From Abditibacterium sp. (GTDB lineage Bacteria > Armatimonadota > Abditibacteriia > Abditibacteriales > Abditibacteriaceae): 64,000 nucleotides of DNA. Below are positions 47,493 through 56,795 of the stretch, in pieces (positions within the stretch are counted from its first letter, which is position 1; each line of letters begins with the position of its first letter). Position numbers and translations under genes: made by a program. The stretch is taken from contig OZ251992.1 of the NCBI GenBank assembly GCA_965246885.1, positions 2,432,001-2,496,000 on the forward strand, read 5' to 3'. The notes under the pieces are model-generated. The model ran no database searches and was not told where the DNA came from. It worked only from the letters and a program-made list of their open reading frames with translations.

Positions 47493-49661
47493 TTAGGATG
47501 TGCTTGCGCTGGGCGCAGATACCTTGGCTGCAACCGCCGCGCTACCACCGGCGACTTTGCCGTCATCGGGCAATGTGCGTTTGTCGGGAATAATCTCTTT
47601 AACCTGACTGGCGCTCTGCCATGACAAGGTAGCCGAGGCGTTGCCAGTGTTCTGGAAATACTCCATCACGATGGAGGCCTTCCTCCCTGCCGTCAGATTC
47701 ACCGGTGTGCTGGTGTATTGCGTAGCCCCTTGAATCCCCCAGTGGTCTATCACTCTGACGCCGTTGATCCACAATCGCACTCCGTCATCGGTGTTGGTGG
47801 CGAAGGTGTATGCCTGCGAGTAGCGTGGCACAACATAACCCTTCCACCGCACGCTGAAAGTGGTGGGCGCGATACCCGCAACGGGGCTGCCCACCCCCCA
47901 GTTGAAGTTAATGGTAGGGTCTAACCGCTTTTTGGTAGTGCCAGTGAAGTCAATATTGTCGTAGTAAGTACCCGTCAGACACTGACCAGAAAGCTCGAAG
48001 TCGTCGAAGTTACACCATTGTCCGGCCCCTGCTTGGCTGTAAATGCCAATCGTGCACTGTCCGTTGGTGACGTTGATGTTTGGTAGATCCACCTCCTCAT
48101 AATTGTTGGAGACGGGAATATTTCTCGTCACGGAGCTGGAGCCATAATCTTTGGCTTCCATGTAGCAGTAGGTCTGACCGCCCGAACTACGGGCATAGCA
48201 CCGCAAGGTGTAGAGGCCGTTGGGCAGGTTCGTTAGCGTTTGGCTGGTGTAAGCGGTGTAACCCTGCGAACTCCAATGAGTGCCATGTCGCGCGCCCATG
48301 TGGCTTCCCCCACTGGTTTCGGTGTAAGTAGCGGTCGCGGGGACTACTGGACTCCAATTAGTGTCCCACTGCTGCTGCGTCCACCCCGAAGGCGTCCGAG
48401 TGTCATAATTCTCGGCGTCGAAACTGGGATTGACAACGAGGTTTGTGGCCGTCGAGCCAGCCGTTAAATCAATCGCTCCCGAAGCCAGTGGCCCCACATC
48501 AACAGAAACGCCGCCCAAACCAATAACGGGATTGAAGCCACCAGAACGCACGCTCACGTCGGAAAAGTTGCCCGGGATGAACACCGACTCGGTGGCATTG
48601 CCCCCATTAGCCAGCAAGACGGTCGTTTTGCCATTATAGTCAACGGCGCGGAATCGGGTATTGGTCGCGTTTTGCACCGCCACACCACTTGGGGTGCCAT
48701 TCAACAAGATGGGATCCAAGCTGGCCAATTCGCCTTGTGTTGTCTGCGACGAGGGCCACAAGCTATTGAAGCGGCTCTGGTCGAAGCTGTTGGGGTTGTA
48801 GGCATCGGTCAAACCCAGAAAGTCGTAGTCGAAATACAGGAGGCCATTGGTTCCGGCGGCTAATGTTAGATAACTCATACACCGCAACTCCGTCAAAGTG
48901 GGCGCGCGGTTGGCAGAATTCCCGTCATAAACATCGTTGCCAGAAAGCTGAACCCCCATCACGACCGACTTGCTGCCATGAACTTGACTCACGGCCAGAC
49001 TGGTGTACTCCCCAGTCTGCGAAAGTCGCCCGTTAGGAATAGGGTAGTTGTCGTAACCTAACGCCTCGCTCGCGTTCAAGACCGGGGTGATATCAACGTT
49101 TTCAATACTAACACACGGGTGGTTGGGGTCGAGTCCAACGACCTGATCGTGGATGCGCTGAATACTGCTTGCCTGCGTCGCCCCTAACTCGTCGTCAATG
49201 TACCAGCCGATGAGCGTCGGATGGCCCTTGTAATTGGAAACCGCCTCATTGATGAGGTCGCTACTACTTCTGCCTAAATAATAGGGGAAATAGCCACTGG
49301 CATCATTCAAATCCTTCAGGCTAAAGATCACCTTGAGACCAGCGTTGTTTGCCCGGTCGAGGAAGTTTTTGTGAGTGGCGTAGTCGTTGGTTATGACGTT
49401 CCCCCGTCCAGCGATTTGGCCGTAGCATACGACGGTGTTGTAGCCAGCCGCTTTGATGCGGGCCAAGTCGGCGTCGGTCGTATAAGCGATGTAAACGATA
49501 TACACGCCGCGCGGAAAGAACTTTTGACCGTCAACGACCCAAGTGCCGCCCGAAATGTAAGCCGACGAAGCATGGGCCAGCGTGGTGTCCGGGCCAAAGC
49601 CCAGACACAGAGCGAACAACAAAGCAATGAAGCCCTTGACATTCAAAAAGGATGTTTTCAT
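47493..49661 (-). CDS. Exported putative GH TIM barrel + CBM + PA14 domain protein
   Basis: FFPRGVY..HPTLIGWYIDDE; NPSFD CBM; PA14 (FSVRWKG..TDDGVRLWING..MEYFQ). Confidence 0.8.
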   Translation of the reverse strand: MKTSFLNVKGFIALLFALCLGFGPDTTLAHASSAYISGGTWVVDGQKFFPRGVYIVYIAYTTDADLARIKAAGYNTVVCYGQIAGRGNVITNDYATHKNFLDRANNAGLKVIFSLKDLNDASGYFPYYLGRSSSDLINEAVSNYKGHPTLIGWYIDDELGATQASSIQRIHDQVVGLDPNHPCVSIENVDITPVLNASEALGYDNYPIPNGRLSQTGEYTSLAVSQVHGSKSVVMGVQLSGNDVYDGNSANRAPTLTELRCMSYLTLAAGTNGLLYFDYDFLGLTDAYNPNSFDQSRFNSLWPSSQTTQGELASLDPILLNGTPSGVAVQNATNTRFRAVDYNGKTTVLLANGGNATESVFIPGNFSDVSVRSGGFNPVIGLGGVSVDVGPLASGAIDLTAGSTATNLVVNPSFDAENYDTRTPSGWTQQQWDTNWSPVVPATATYTETSGGSHMGARHGTHWSSQGYTAYTSQTLTNLPNGLYTLRCYARSSGGQTYCYMEAKDYGSSSVTRNIPVSNNYEEVDLPNINVTNGQCTIGIYSQAGAGQWCNFDDFELSGQCLTGTYYDNIDFTGTTKKRLDPTINFNWGVGSPVAGIAPTTFSVRWKGYVVPRYSQAYTFATNTDDGVRLWINGVRVIDHWGIQGATQYTSTPVNLTAGRKASIVMEYFQNTGNASATLSWQSASQVKEIIPDKRTLPDDGKVAGGSAAVAAKVSAPSASTS

Positions 49662-49774
49662 CTAACGGAACTCGCCCGACCTTTCGGGGTTAGGTCACCA
49701 TCTCAGGCGCTAAAAGCCCATCACGCGCGTGGAGATACCTTCGCGTGTTGCGGCGGGTGAAACTTGCCAGCAAA

Positions 49775-49802
49775 GAGGCGGGCCAAAAGCTCGGCCCGCC
49801 TC
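49775..49802 (-). terminator. Stem-loop after DUF1559 gene
   Basis: gaggcgggcc-N8-ggcccgcctc followed by tttg on the minus strand. Confidence 0.65.
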
Positions 49803-49818
49803 GTGCAGAAAGCACTCT

Positions 49819-50607
49819 CTATTGCATTGCGGTTTGCGCTTGACCCAACCCGTCTTGTAAATCCGAGACGAGCGGTGCGCCGTTATCTACATTCCACATG
49901 TTGACGGGAGTCACTGTCGCTAAGGGCTTCATGGTTTTGACGTGGCCGTCAGCGAACAGCCAGTTGGTCGTGGTGAGGTGGTTGCGGAACCGGATGTTCG
50001 GCTTGTCGATGTACATATCGGAGTCAAGCACCGTTGAGCCGTCTCCCTTTACGCCACTATCGGCGACAAGGAGCGTTTGGGCAGAATTGTTGAGACGGCT
50101 GAGCTTCACGTCTTCGAAGGGACTCATCGCAGGCGTGCCGCCCAACCTTTTGTTGAGATTGGCTTGATCGTCGAAGAAGCCCACTGCATAGTAAGAAACC
50201 GGAATCGCTGGGACGCCCGCCGGGAGCGCGCTACCACCGACATTGTCAGTGTTCCCGAAAGTGGAAGATGGGCACTTGAACAACTGCGCGCTTTTCACAT
50301 ACGGGAAAATCGCGTGCTGCCAGCCGTAAAGGGGAGAGAAGATGGTTGCCAATGTCGTGGAGTAGCGCGACTTGGGCATGGCCTCGTCATAGTCCTGCGT
50401 GTATTGCAGGATGCCCAAGCCAATTTGCTTGAGGTTGGACTGGCAGGAGGCGCGGCGGGCGTTTTCGCGGGCACGAGCGAAGGCCGGAAAGAGGATGGCG
50501 GCGAGAATGGCGATGATGGCAATAACCACCAATAATTCTATCAACGTGAATCCTTTCCGATGCGTTTTTGTCCCAGTGGACTGGGAGAGTGTAACGAGTG
50601 TTTGCAT
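49819..50607 (-). CDS. DUF1559 / prepilin-type N-terminal cleavage-methylation protein with H-X9-DG motif
   Basis: [46 protein letters not shown]. Confidence 0.92.
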   Translation of the reverse strand: MQTLVTLSQSTGTKTHRKGFTLIELLVVIAIIAILAAILFPAFARARENARRASCQSNLKQIGLGILQYTQDYDEAMPKSRYSTTLATIFSPLYGWQHAIFPYVKSAQLFKCPSSTFGNTDNVGGSALPAGVPAIPVSYYAVGFFDDQANLNKRLGGTPAMSPFEDVKLSRLNNSAQTLLVADSGVKGDGSTVLDSDMYIDKPNIRFRNHLTTTNWLFADGHVKTMKPLATVTPVNMWNVDNGAPLVSDLQDGLGQAQTAMQ

Positions 50608-50652
50608 GATGTGTTTGTCGGCAAAGGCTGATGGGCGCCTCGCCCTGCCCAA

Positions 50653-50681
50653 TGTTGCGCAACAAAAAGGAGTTGCGCAAC
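50653..50681. promoter_or_regulatory. Tandem palindromic operators GTTGCGCAAC (candidate LacI-family sites)
   Basis: tgttgcgcaaca (50653-50664) and gttgcgcaac (50672-50681) upstream of the DUF1559 operon. Confidence 0.6.
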
Positions 50682-50932
50682 CGGTTGGTAAATAGAGTAT
50701 GCCCAATTTGCGACCCGTTTAAACATCCAAACCGTGTCCAACACAATTATTTTCTGTTAAATCTGCGAGTCCGCGCGGTGCGCGCCCAAATTAGGGGCCG
50801 CGATGGGTGCGCAAGACGCGGAAATTCCCCCTTGGTTGGACGCTGGGAGCCAACGAAATACGTGCGCGGCGCAGTGGCAGACATAAATGGCGAAGGAAAG
50901 ACGTCTTTCTTTGTACCGCAAAGGAAAAGCAT

Positions 50933-51071
50933 CGCGTGGCGGACATATGTCGGCTGATGGCGCAGGTCTCTGGCGCGATGGCAGGAGTATTTCTTCGCGT
51001 GGCGCAGGCCTCTCGCTGGACGGCGCAGGTGTTTCTTCGCGTGGCGCAGGTAATTCTTCGGAAGAATCACC
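50933..51071. repeat. Degenerate 21-bp tandem array D (6 units plus inverted end)
   Basis: cgcgtggcgcaggtaattctt-like units; reverse complement matches array B. Confidence 0.85.
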
Positions 51072-52156
51072 TAAGGAACTATCTGATGCATGGGCGCGGC
51101 GGTGGTTTGGCGGATGACGAGGGAGACGGGAAGGGTCAGATTGGTTTGGCGTTCAACTTTGCCCGACAGCGTGTCGAGAAGCAGATGGGCGGCGGCTTTT
51201 CCTATTTCCTTGAGGGGCAGTTGCACCGTCGAAAGGAAGTTCTCGTTCATCTCGGCATATTGCAGCGACAAGGGACGCGTGTCGTCGAAGCCAATAAGGG
51301 ACAAATCGTCCGGCACGCGCAAGCCTTGCTCCAACAGCGCGCGGCGCAGCAACACGGCGTGGGAATCGTTGCGCGTCAGAACTGCCGAAAAACGGGGCGG
51401 GCCGCAAAAGTAGCGCGCCACAACGCCGCGCAGGGAGTCGGTGAGGGAAGCGTTGGGTTCGATCAGATGGACAGTCACTGTTTCCTCGAAGTCCACGCCC
51501 GCTTCGCGGCACGCTTCGCGGTAGCCCGCCAAGCGCTCGTTCAGGTGATACGGGGGAACGTTGTGACCGGAGATGAACAAGACGCGGCGGTGCCCCAACT
51601 CCAGCAGGTGCCGTAGAGCGATCCGTCCGCCGTCGCGCTCGTCGGCCACCACCGAGGAGCAACCCGCGAGGGGAGCCATGACCGAGATGGTCGGGCAATG
51701 GGAGATGTTGCCCTTGCTTTCGATTTTGCGTAGCAGTTGCTCGCCCTGATTTTGCCGGCAGAGCATCAACACGCCATCTACGTCGCCGCGCACGATGGCA
51801 AGGGGCAGTTCGCCTTCCCCATCGTCTTCCAACGCGCTGACGATAAGGTCATAGTTTTCCCGGCGCAGTTCGGTCTGGATGCCTCGAAAAAGGAAGGAGT
51901 AGTAAAAGTCATCCAAGAACCCTTGGGGCAAGAAAAGGACGACGAGGTGGTTGACGACCGTGCGCCCCGTTTTGCGCGCCGACAACTGGCGGGCCGACAG
52001 GTTGAGGGTGTGATCGTAGCCCATCTCGTCGGCGACGCGGCGGATTTGCAAGGTGGTGGCCTCCCCCACCCGCTTCGAGCCAATCAGCGCCCGATACACG
52101 GTGGACTTATGAACGTTGCACTTATCGGCAATGTCCTGAAGGGTAACGGCTTCCAT
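51071..52156 (-). CDS. LacI family transcriptional regulator
   Basis: TLQDIA..HKSTVYRAL, hinge N.SARQL, LGHRR, VPDDLSLIGFDD, LSTV. Confidence 0.93.
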   Translation of the reverse strand: MEAVTLQDIADKCNVHKSTVYRALIGSKRVGEATTLQIRRVADEMGYDHTLNLSARQLSARKTGRTVVNHLVVLFLPQGFLDDFYYSFLFRGIQTELRRENYDLIVSALEDDGEGELPLAIVRGDVDGVLMLCRQNQGEQLLRKIESKGNISHCPTISVMAPLAGCSSVVADERDGGRIALRHLLELGHRRVLFISGHNVPPYHLNERLAGYREACREAGVDFEETVTVHLIEPNASLTDSLRGVVARYFCGPPRFSAVLTRNDSHAVLLRRALLEQGLRVPDDLSLIGFDDTRPLSLQYAEMNENFLSTVQLPLKEIGKAAAHLLLDTLSGKVERQTNLTLPVSLVIRQTTAAPMHQIVP

Positions 52157-52536
52157 AGAAAGCAGTGTGACCGACTGACTTCCTCGGCGGCTTCCAACCA
52201 CAAGGAAGAGTAGTGGTGAATTCGCCCCTCCACCCAAACAACTTGCGGTTTAGCGCGCCGCAGTTGATGGCACAAGCCGACGACGCCCCCGACGAAGACG
52301 CTGCTTTCCAAATCCCGTACATCGGGCCTCAACCAGCCTTTCCCGTCCGGTGGGGTCGAAGAACTGCCGGGGTCGGGTGGCGAGCCTGCGGATCGGGGGA
52401 AGTGCAATCGGTGCGGCGTGAAAGGGGGGGGTGGGACATGGCAAAGCATGCCCACCCAACGCGCTCCTGCTTCGCTCACACTATGGGTTTCGAGCGCACA
52501 AAGAGGTTGCAACCATGTGCGGTTTGAGAAATCTCG

Positions 52537-54084
52537 ATGAAGACACTTTTGCCCCAGCCCCAGTCATTCCAAGGCCACCCAGACGAATTTTTGTTGTTGG
52601 CGCAAACTTCCCTTGCCGCAACGGGCGAGGCGGCGTCAGTCGCGGAATTTCTGGCTGCTACGCTGCGACGCGCCACCGGGTTTGAACTGCCCATTGGCGA
52701 AGCCGGAGAAATCGTTTTAACGCTCAGTCCGTCTTTGGAATCGTTGGGCGGCGAAGGCTATCGGCTTGAGGTGACACCTCAGGGCGTCCATATCGCGGCG
52801 GCGGAGCGGGCGGGGCTGTTTCATGGCGTGCAAAGCCTATTGCAACTGTTGCCATCGGCAATTTATGCTTCCCACGTGCAAGAAATAGATTGGCGCGTGC
52901 CCTGCGTGAAAATCGAGGACGCACCGCGTTTTGGCTGGCGCGGTTTGATGCTTGATTGCGGGCGGCGCTTTTTTCCGCTCGATGACCTCAAACGGCTCCT
53001 CGACTTGATGGCGCTACACAAACTAAACGTCTTCCACTGGCATCTGGTGGAAGATGCCGGTTGGCGGCTCGAAATCAAGAAATACCCGCGTTTGACCGAA
53101 GTCGGAGCATGGCGCCGCGAATCGCCGTTGCCGCGCCAGCCGACCCAAGGCGACGGCGTGCCCTACGGCGGATTTTATACCCAAGACGAGGCACGCGAAC
53201 TGGTGGCTTATGCGGCGGCGCGCCACATCACAATCGTGCCGGAAATCGAGATGCCGGGGCACACCTTGTCGTCGCTCGCGGCTTATCCGCAGTTTTCCTG
53301 CACCGGCGGGCCGTTCGAGCCAATTGTGCGTTGGGGCTTGCAATCGGACATCTATTGCGCCGGGAATGACGCGACATTTGGCTTTATCGAGGCCGTCTTA
53401 GAGGAAGTGTTGGCGATTTTCCCCTCGCAGTTCATCCACGTCGGCGGCGATGAAGCGCCCAAAGACCAGTGGGAAAAATGCCCGAAATGCCAGCAGCGTA
53501 TCCAAGACGAAAACCTCAAAGACGAGGGCGAACTGCAAAGCTACTTCCTACGGCGCATCGAGAAATATCTGGATGGCAAAGGGCGGCGGCTCATCGGCTG
53601 GGACGAGATTCTGGAAGGCGGTCTGGCGCCCCACGCGACGGTGATGAGTTGGCGCGGCGAAGAAGGTGGCATTGCGGCGGCTTCGTTGGGGCACGATGTC
53701 GTGATGACGCCGCAGCAATTCTGCTATTTCGACGCTTATCAATCCCTCCTCACCGACGGCGAGCCGGAAGGCTTCCAACTGCTGCCTCTCGAAAAAACGT
53801 GGGGCTACGAGCCAATCCCCGCCGCATTGCCGGTCGAGAAACAGCATCACGTTTTGGGCGTGCAAGGCTGTATGTGGGGCGAGTATGCGTTCGACTGGGA
53901 CAAAGTCGAGTTTCAAGTCTTCCCCCGTTTGTGCGCCTTGGCCGAAGCGGGATGGTCGCCGCCGCAACCTCCCGATTGGCCAGAGTTTAAGGAGCGATTG
54001 GGCGCGCACTTGGGACGGCTTGATGCGCTCCATGTCAACTACCGCAAGTTGGAAGGCGGCGCGGCGCGCGTGCTGCCGGAGTGA
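52537..54084 (+). CDS. Beta-N-acetylhexosaminidase (GH20), no signal peptide
   Basis: PRFGWRGLMLD, HWHL, PEIEMPGH, catalytic HVGGDE, GWDE. Confidence 0.95.
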   Translation: MKTLLPQPQSFQGHPDEFLLLAQTSLAATGEAASVAEFLAATLRRATGFELPIGEAGEIVLTLSPSLESLGGEGYRLEVTPQGVHIAAAERAGLFHGVQSLLQLLPSAIYASHVQEIDWRVPCVKIEDAPRFGWRGLMLDCGRRFFPLDDLKRLLDLMALHKLNVFHWHLVEDAGWRLEIKKYPRLTEVGAWRRESPLPRQPTQGDGVPYGGFYTQDEARELVAYAAARHITIVPEIEMPGHTLSSLAAYPQFSCTGGPFEPIVRWGLQSDIYCAGNDATFGFIEAVLEEVLAIFPSQFIHVGGDEAPKDQWEKCPKCQQRIQDENLKDEGELQSYFLRRIEKYLDGKGRRLIGWDEILEGGLAPHATVMSWRGEEGGIAAASLGHDVVMTPQQFCYFDAYQSLLTDGEPEGFQLLPLEKTWGYEPIPAALPVEKQHHVLGVQGCMWGEYAFDWDKVEFQVFPRLCALAEAGWSPPQPPDWPEFKERLGAHLGRLDALHVNYRKLEGGAARVLPE

Positions 54085-54093
54085 ACGCGCGAT

Positions 54094-54894
54094 TTATTCG
54101 CTGGCTTCGGCCCGCAGGCGGCGCGGTGAAGCGCCCAGCACGCGGCGCATGGTTTTGTTGAATAGATGCAGGTCGCGGATGCCGACTTCGGCGGCGATGG
54201 CCTTGATGGGCATGGTCGAATGGATGAGCAATTGGCGGGCGCGCTGCATGCGGCGCTCGCAAATGTAACCCACGACCGTCGTGCCGAAATGGAAGTGGAA
54301 AAGGTTGGTGAGGTGGTTGTGCGAAACGCCAACTTCGCGCGCTAAGCGCCCAACGTATAACGGCTGGCCAAGGCGCAGTTCGATGATCTCGGCGGCTTTT
54401 TGCAATGGCGCTGGTTGGCTGGTTTCGGCTTTGGTTCCCCCGCCCCCGGTGCGGCTCGCCAACTGCCAAAGGATGTCCCATATCCGCGCCTCGGTGCGCC
54501 GGGGTCGCTGGCTGAAATAACCAACCCCTTCTTCCATCGCCTCATATATGGCACCGAAATCCTCGCCTAAATCCTGCATGGCGCGAATCGAAACCACTTT
54601 GTGGTTCGTGGGGAGGTTGGGTGGAAACTGGAAAAGGGCGAAGACGTGAACCGAAGGGCCGCGCAACCTGAACTCAATATCCATGTCGGGCGGCACAAGG
54701 CCAGCGAAGTTAGGCTGGATGGGAAACGGCATGCCGTCGAGAATTATTTCCCCCTCGTATCGGTAGAGATGCAAAGTCCAAGTGCCTTTGAGGTGGTATT
54801 TCACCGACATTTCGGGATGGTGACCAACACCGGCGTAAGTCACCATCGGTTTGGCATCGAGCGGGATGTCCCAGCAGACTTCGTTCCAAGGCAT
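54094..54894 (-). CDS. AraC family transcriptional regulator
   Basis: Cupin-like N-domain; double HTH (LAREVGVS..L..LF; IAAEVG....FNK.....G.SP). Confidence 0.9.
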   Translation of the reverse strand: MPWNEVCWDIPLDAKPMVTYAGVGHHPEMSVKYHLKGTWTLHLYRYEGEIILDGMPFPIQPNFAGLVPPDMDIEFRLRGPSVHVFALFQFPPNLPTNHKVVSIRAMQDLGEDFGAIYEAMEEGVGYFSQRPRRTEARIWDILWQLASRTGGGGTKAETSQPAPLQKAAEIIELRLGQPLYVGRLAREVGVSHNHLTNLFHFHFGTTVVGYICERRMQRARQLLIHSTMPIKAIAAEVGIRDLHLFNKTMRRVLGASPRRLRAEASE

Positions 54895-54993
54895 TGTGAT
54901 TTTCCACCAGAAAAGTGTGAAAGCAGGCCACTATTCCGCGTTTAGCCGCCCCGGACGAGGGGTATAATCATTTTATCCGAAAGCGGACACAGT

Positions 54994-55911
54994 ATGAACT
55001 CAAACCACTCAAGCGTTCAACAATCCATCCATTCCAATGGATTTGCGGTTGCGGAACACTCTCCCACAGTCCTCACAGCAGAAGAATTGGACTTTTACCG
55101 CGAGCAGGGTTATGTTCATGCTCATGGCGCCGTCGCGCCGGAAGCGTTGCAACTGGCGCGCACAGTTTTGGAGCGATGGGTCGAGGAGATCATCCAATCT
55201 TGGCAAGTCTCCGGCCTGCTCGCCGATACGCGGCCCGATCTGGATTTCGAGCATCGTTTAGTGCAGGTATGGAACGCGGCGGGCAAACCCGGTTACATTC
55301 GTAGCCCGCGCCGTGATTTGGTGAGCCGCGAGATGTTCGAGTTTTTGTCGCACCCCTCATTGGTAGATTTGGCCGAGGAGTTGCTTGGCACCCCGGAAAT
55401 TTCGGTGCATGGCGTGTTCAATGCGCGTCCCAAACTGCCCGACCAGAAATGGACGGACACGCCTTGGCATCAAGATGCTCAATATTACACGGACGCCGCC
55501 GAAATTCCGGTCGTGACCTTGTGGATTCCGTTGCAGCGCGTGACGGAGCAGAACAGTTGCCTCCAAGTCGCCGGTGGGCATCAAGGCGAACCGCTCCACG
55601 AAGCCTTTAAAGACGAAACCGGCTTTATCGGCCTTTCCAAGGAACGAGGCGCCGCATTGAAGGGAGTTTCGATTGAAATGGAGCCGGGCGACGCGCTCTG
55701 CTTTACACAGAAGACGCCGCACCGTGCGACATCCAATCAGTCGGACGCAGTGCGTTGGTCAATGGATGTGCGTTTCGAGGCCACAACCAACGCCACGCAG
55801 AGTGGCAAAGAAATGGGCTTTATCGCTCGCAGCGAGGCCGATCCCGATTCGGTGACAACCTGCGAAGAATGGCTGAAGAAATGGGAGTCGGTGCCTGCTG
55901 GTAGTTATTAA
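54994..55911 (+). CDS. PhyH-family Fe(II)/2-oxoglutarate dioxygenase
   Basis: FYREQGY, WHQD, WIPL, PHR...N.S..VRWSMD.R. Confidence 0.9.
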   Translation: MNSNHSSVQQSIHSNGFAVAEHSPTVLTAEELDFYREQGYVHAHGAVAPEALQLARTVLERWVEEIIQSWQVSGLLADTRPDLDFEHRLVQVWNAAGKPGYIRSPRRDLVSREMFEFLSHPSLVDLAEELLGTPEISVHGVFNARPKLPDQKWTDTPWHQDAQYYTDAAEIPVVTLWIPLQRVTEQNSCLQVAGGHQGEPLHEAFKDETGFIGLSKERGAALKGVSIEMEPGDALCFTQKTPHRATSNQSDAVRWSMDVRFEATTNATQSGKEMGFIARSEADPDSVTTCEEWLKKWESVPAGSY

Positions 55912-55974
55912 GCGAACCGAGTTTCTTATCAATAAGAAGCTACTTACTATTCGGTTGAAGGAGTATCTCGAATC

Positions 55975-56721
55975 ATGCTAAACAAACACGGCGGACGCAG
56001 CGCCCAACTGCGGAACACACCAACAGGCTTTACGCTCATAGAAATTCTTGTCGTAATAGCCATCATCGCAATCCTCGCGGCTATTCTATTCCCTGCATTC
56101 GCGCGCGCACGGGAGAACGCACGCCGCGCATCGTGCCAAAGCAATATGAAACAGATCGGTCTTGGCATTATGCAATATGCGCAGGACTACGATGAAGGTT
56201 TGCCCGCAATTTACAACGCGGCGCCTGCCACCGGCGGGTATTGGACGGGTGCTATCCAGCCTTACACCAAGAGCACTCAGATCCTACAGTGCCCAAGTTT
56301 GGCCGTCGGGACGAACGCGACCGGCACGGCGGGCTTCGACTCCTACGGATTCAATGTGGCGCTTAACAAAAGCGGAGGCTTGGAGGGTCTTAAACTCCCG
56401 GCGCTCAATAACGTGGCCGAATTGGGCATGGTTTTCGAGGACAATCTCGACGCCAATACGAACTGCACCGGCTACGGATTGGGTGGCGGGCCTTTCGGCA
56501 ATGGCTTTATTTCGACGTGGTATAGCACGACTTCAGGAACGGCACCGGATTACCCTTTTGGCAACACCGCCAACGCTGTCGCGGGGCCGGATGGTCGGCA
56601 CTTTGAAGGCTTGAATGCCGCTTTTGCCGATGGCCACGTCAAATGGATGAGATATGGTGCCGCGATCACACCGCCCGCCACGCCAACCAACTGGCGTCTC
56701 TGGTATCCCAGCGCGCCCTAA
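55975..56721 (+). CDS. DUF1559 / prepilin-type N-terminal cleavage-methylation protein with H-X9-DG motif
   Basis: [32 protein letters not shown]. Confidence 0.92.
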   Translation: MLNKHGGRSAQLRNTPTGFTLIEILVVIAIIAILAAILFPAFARARENARRASCQSNMKQIGLGIMQYAQDYDEGLPAIYNAAPATGGYWTGAIQPYTKSTQILQCPSLAVGTNATGTAGFDSYGFNVALNKSGGLEGLKLPALNNVAELGMVFEDNLDANTNCTGYGLGGGPFGNGFISTWYSTTSGTAPDYPFGNTANAVAGPDGRHFEGLNAAFADGHVKWMRYGAAITPPATPTNWRLWYPSAP

Positions 56722-56795
56722 TACGTTCATCTAAACAGGCAGCCCGACCTGCCCTTTAAGTTGCACGGTAGGGCTGTTGCGTTTTCAAGAAACTC

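Noticed and set aside
52213..52527. 104-aa ORF between lacI and GH20
   Set aside because: Atypical composition, overlaps a REP-like palindrome and probable divergent promoters
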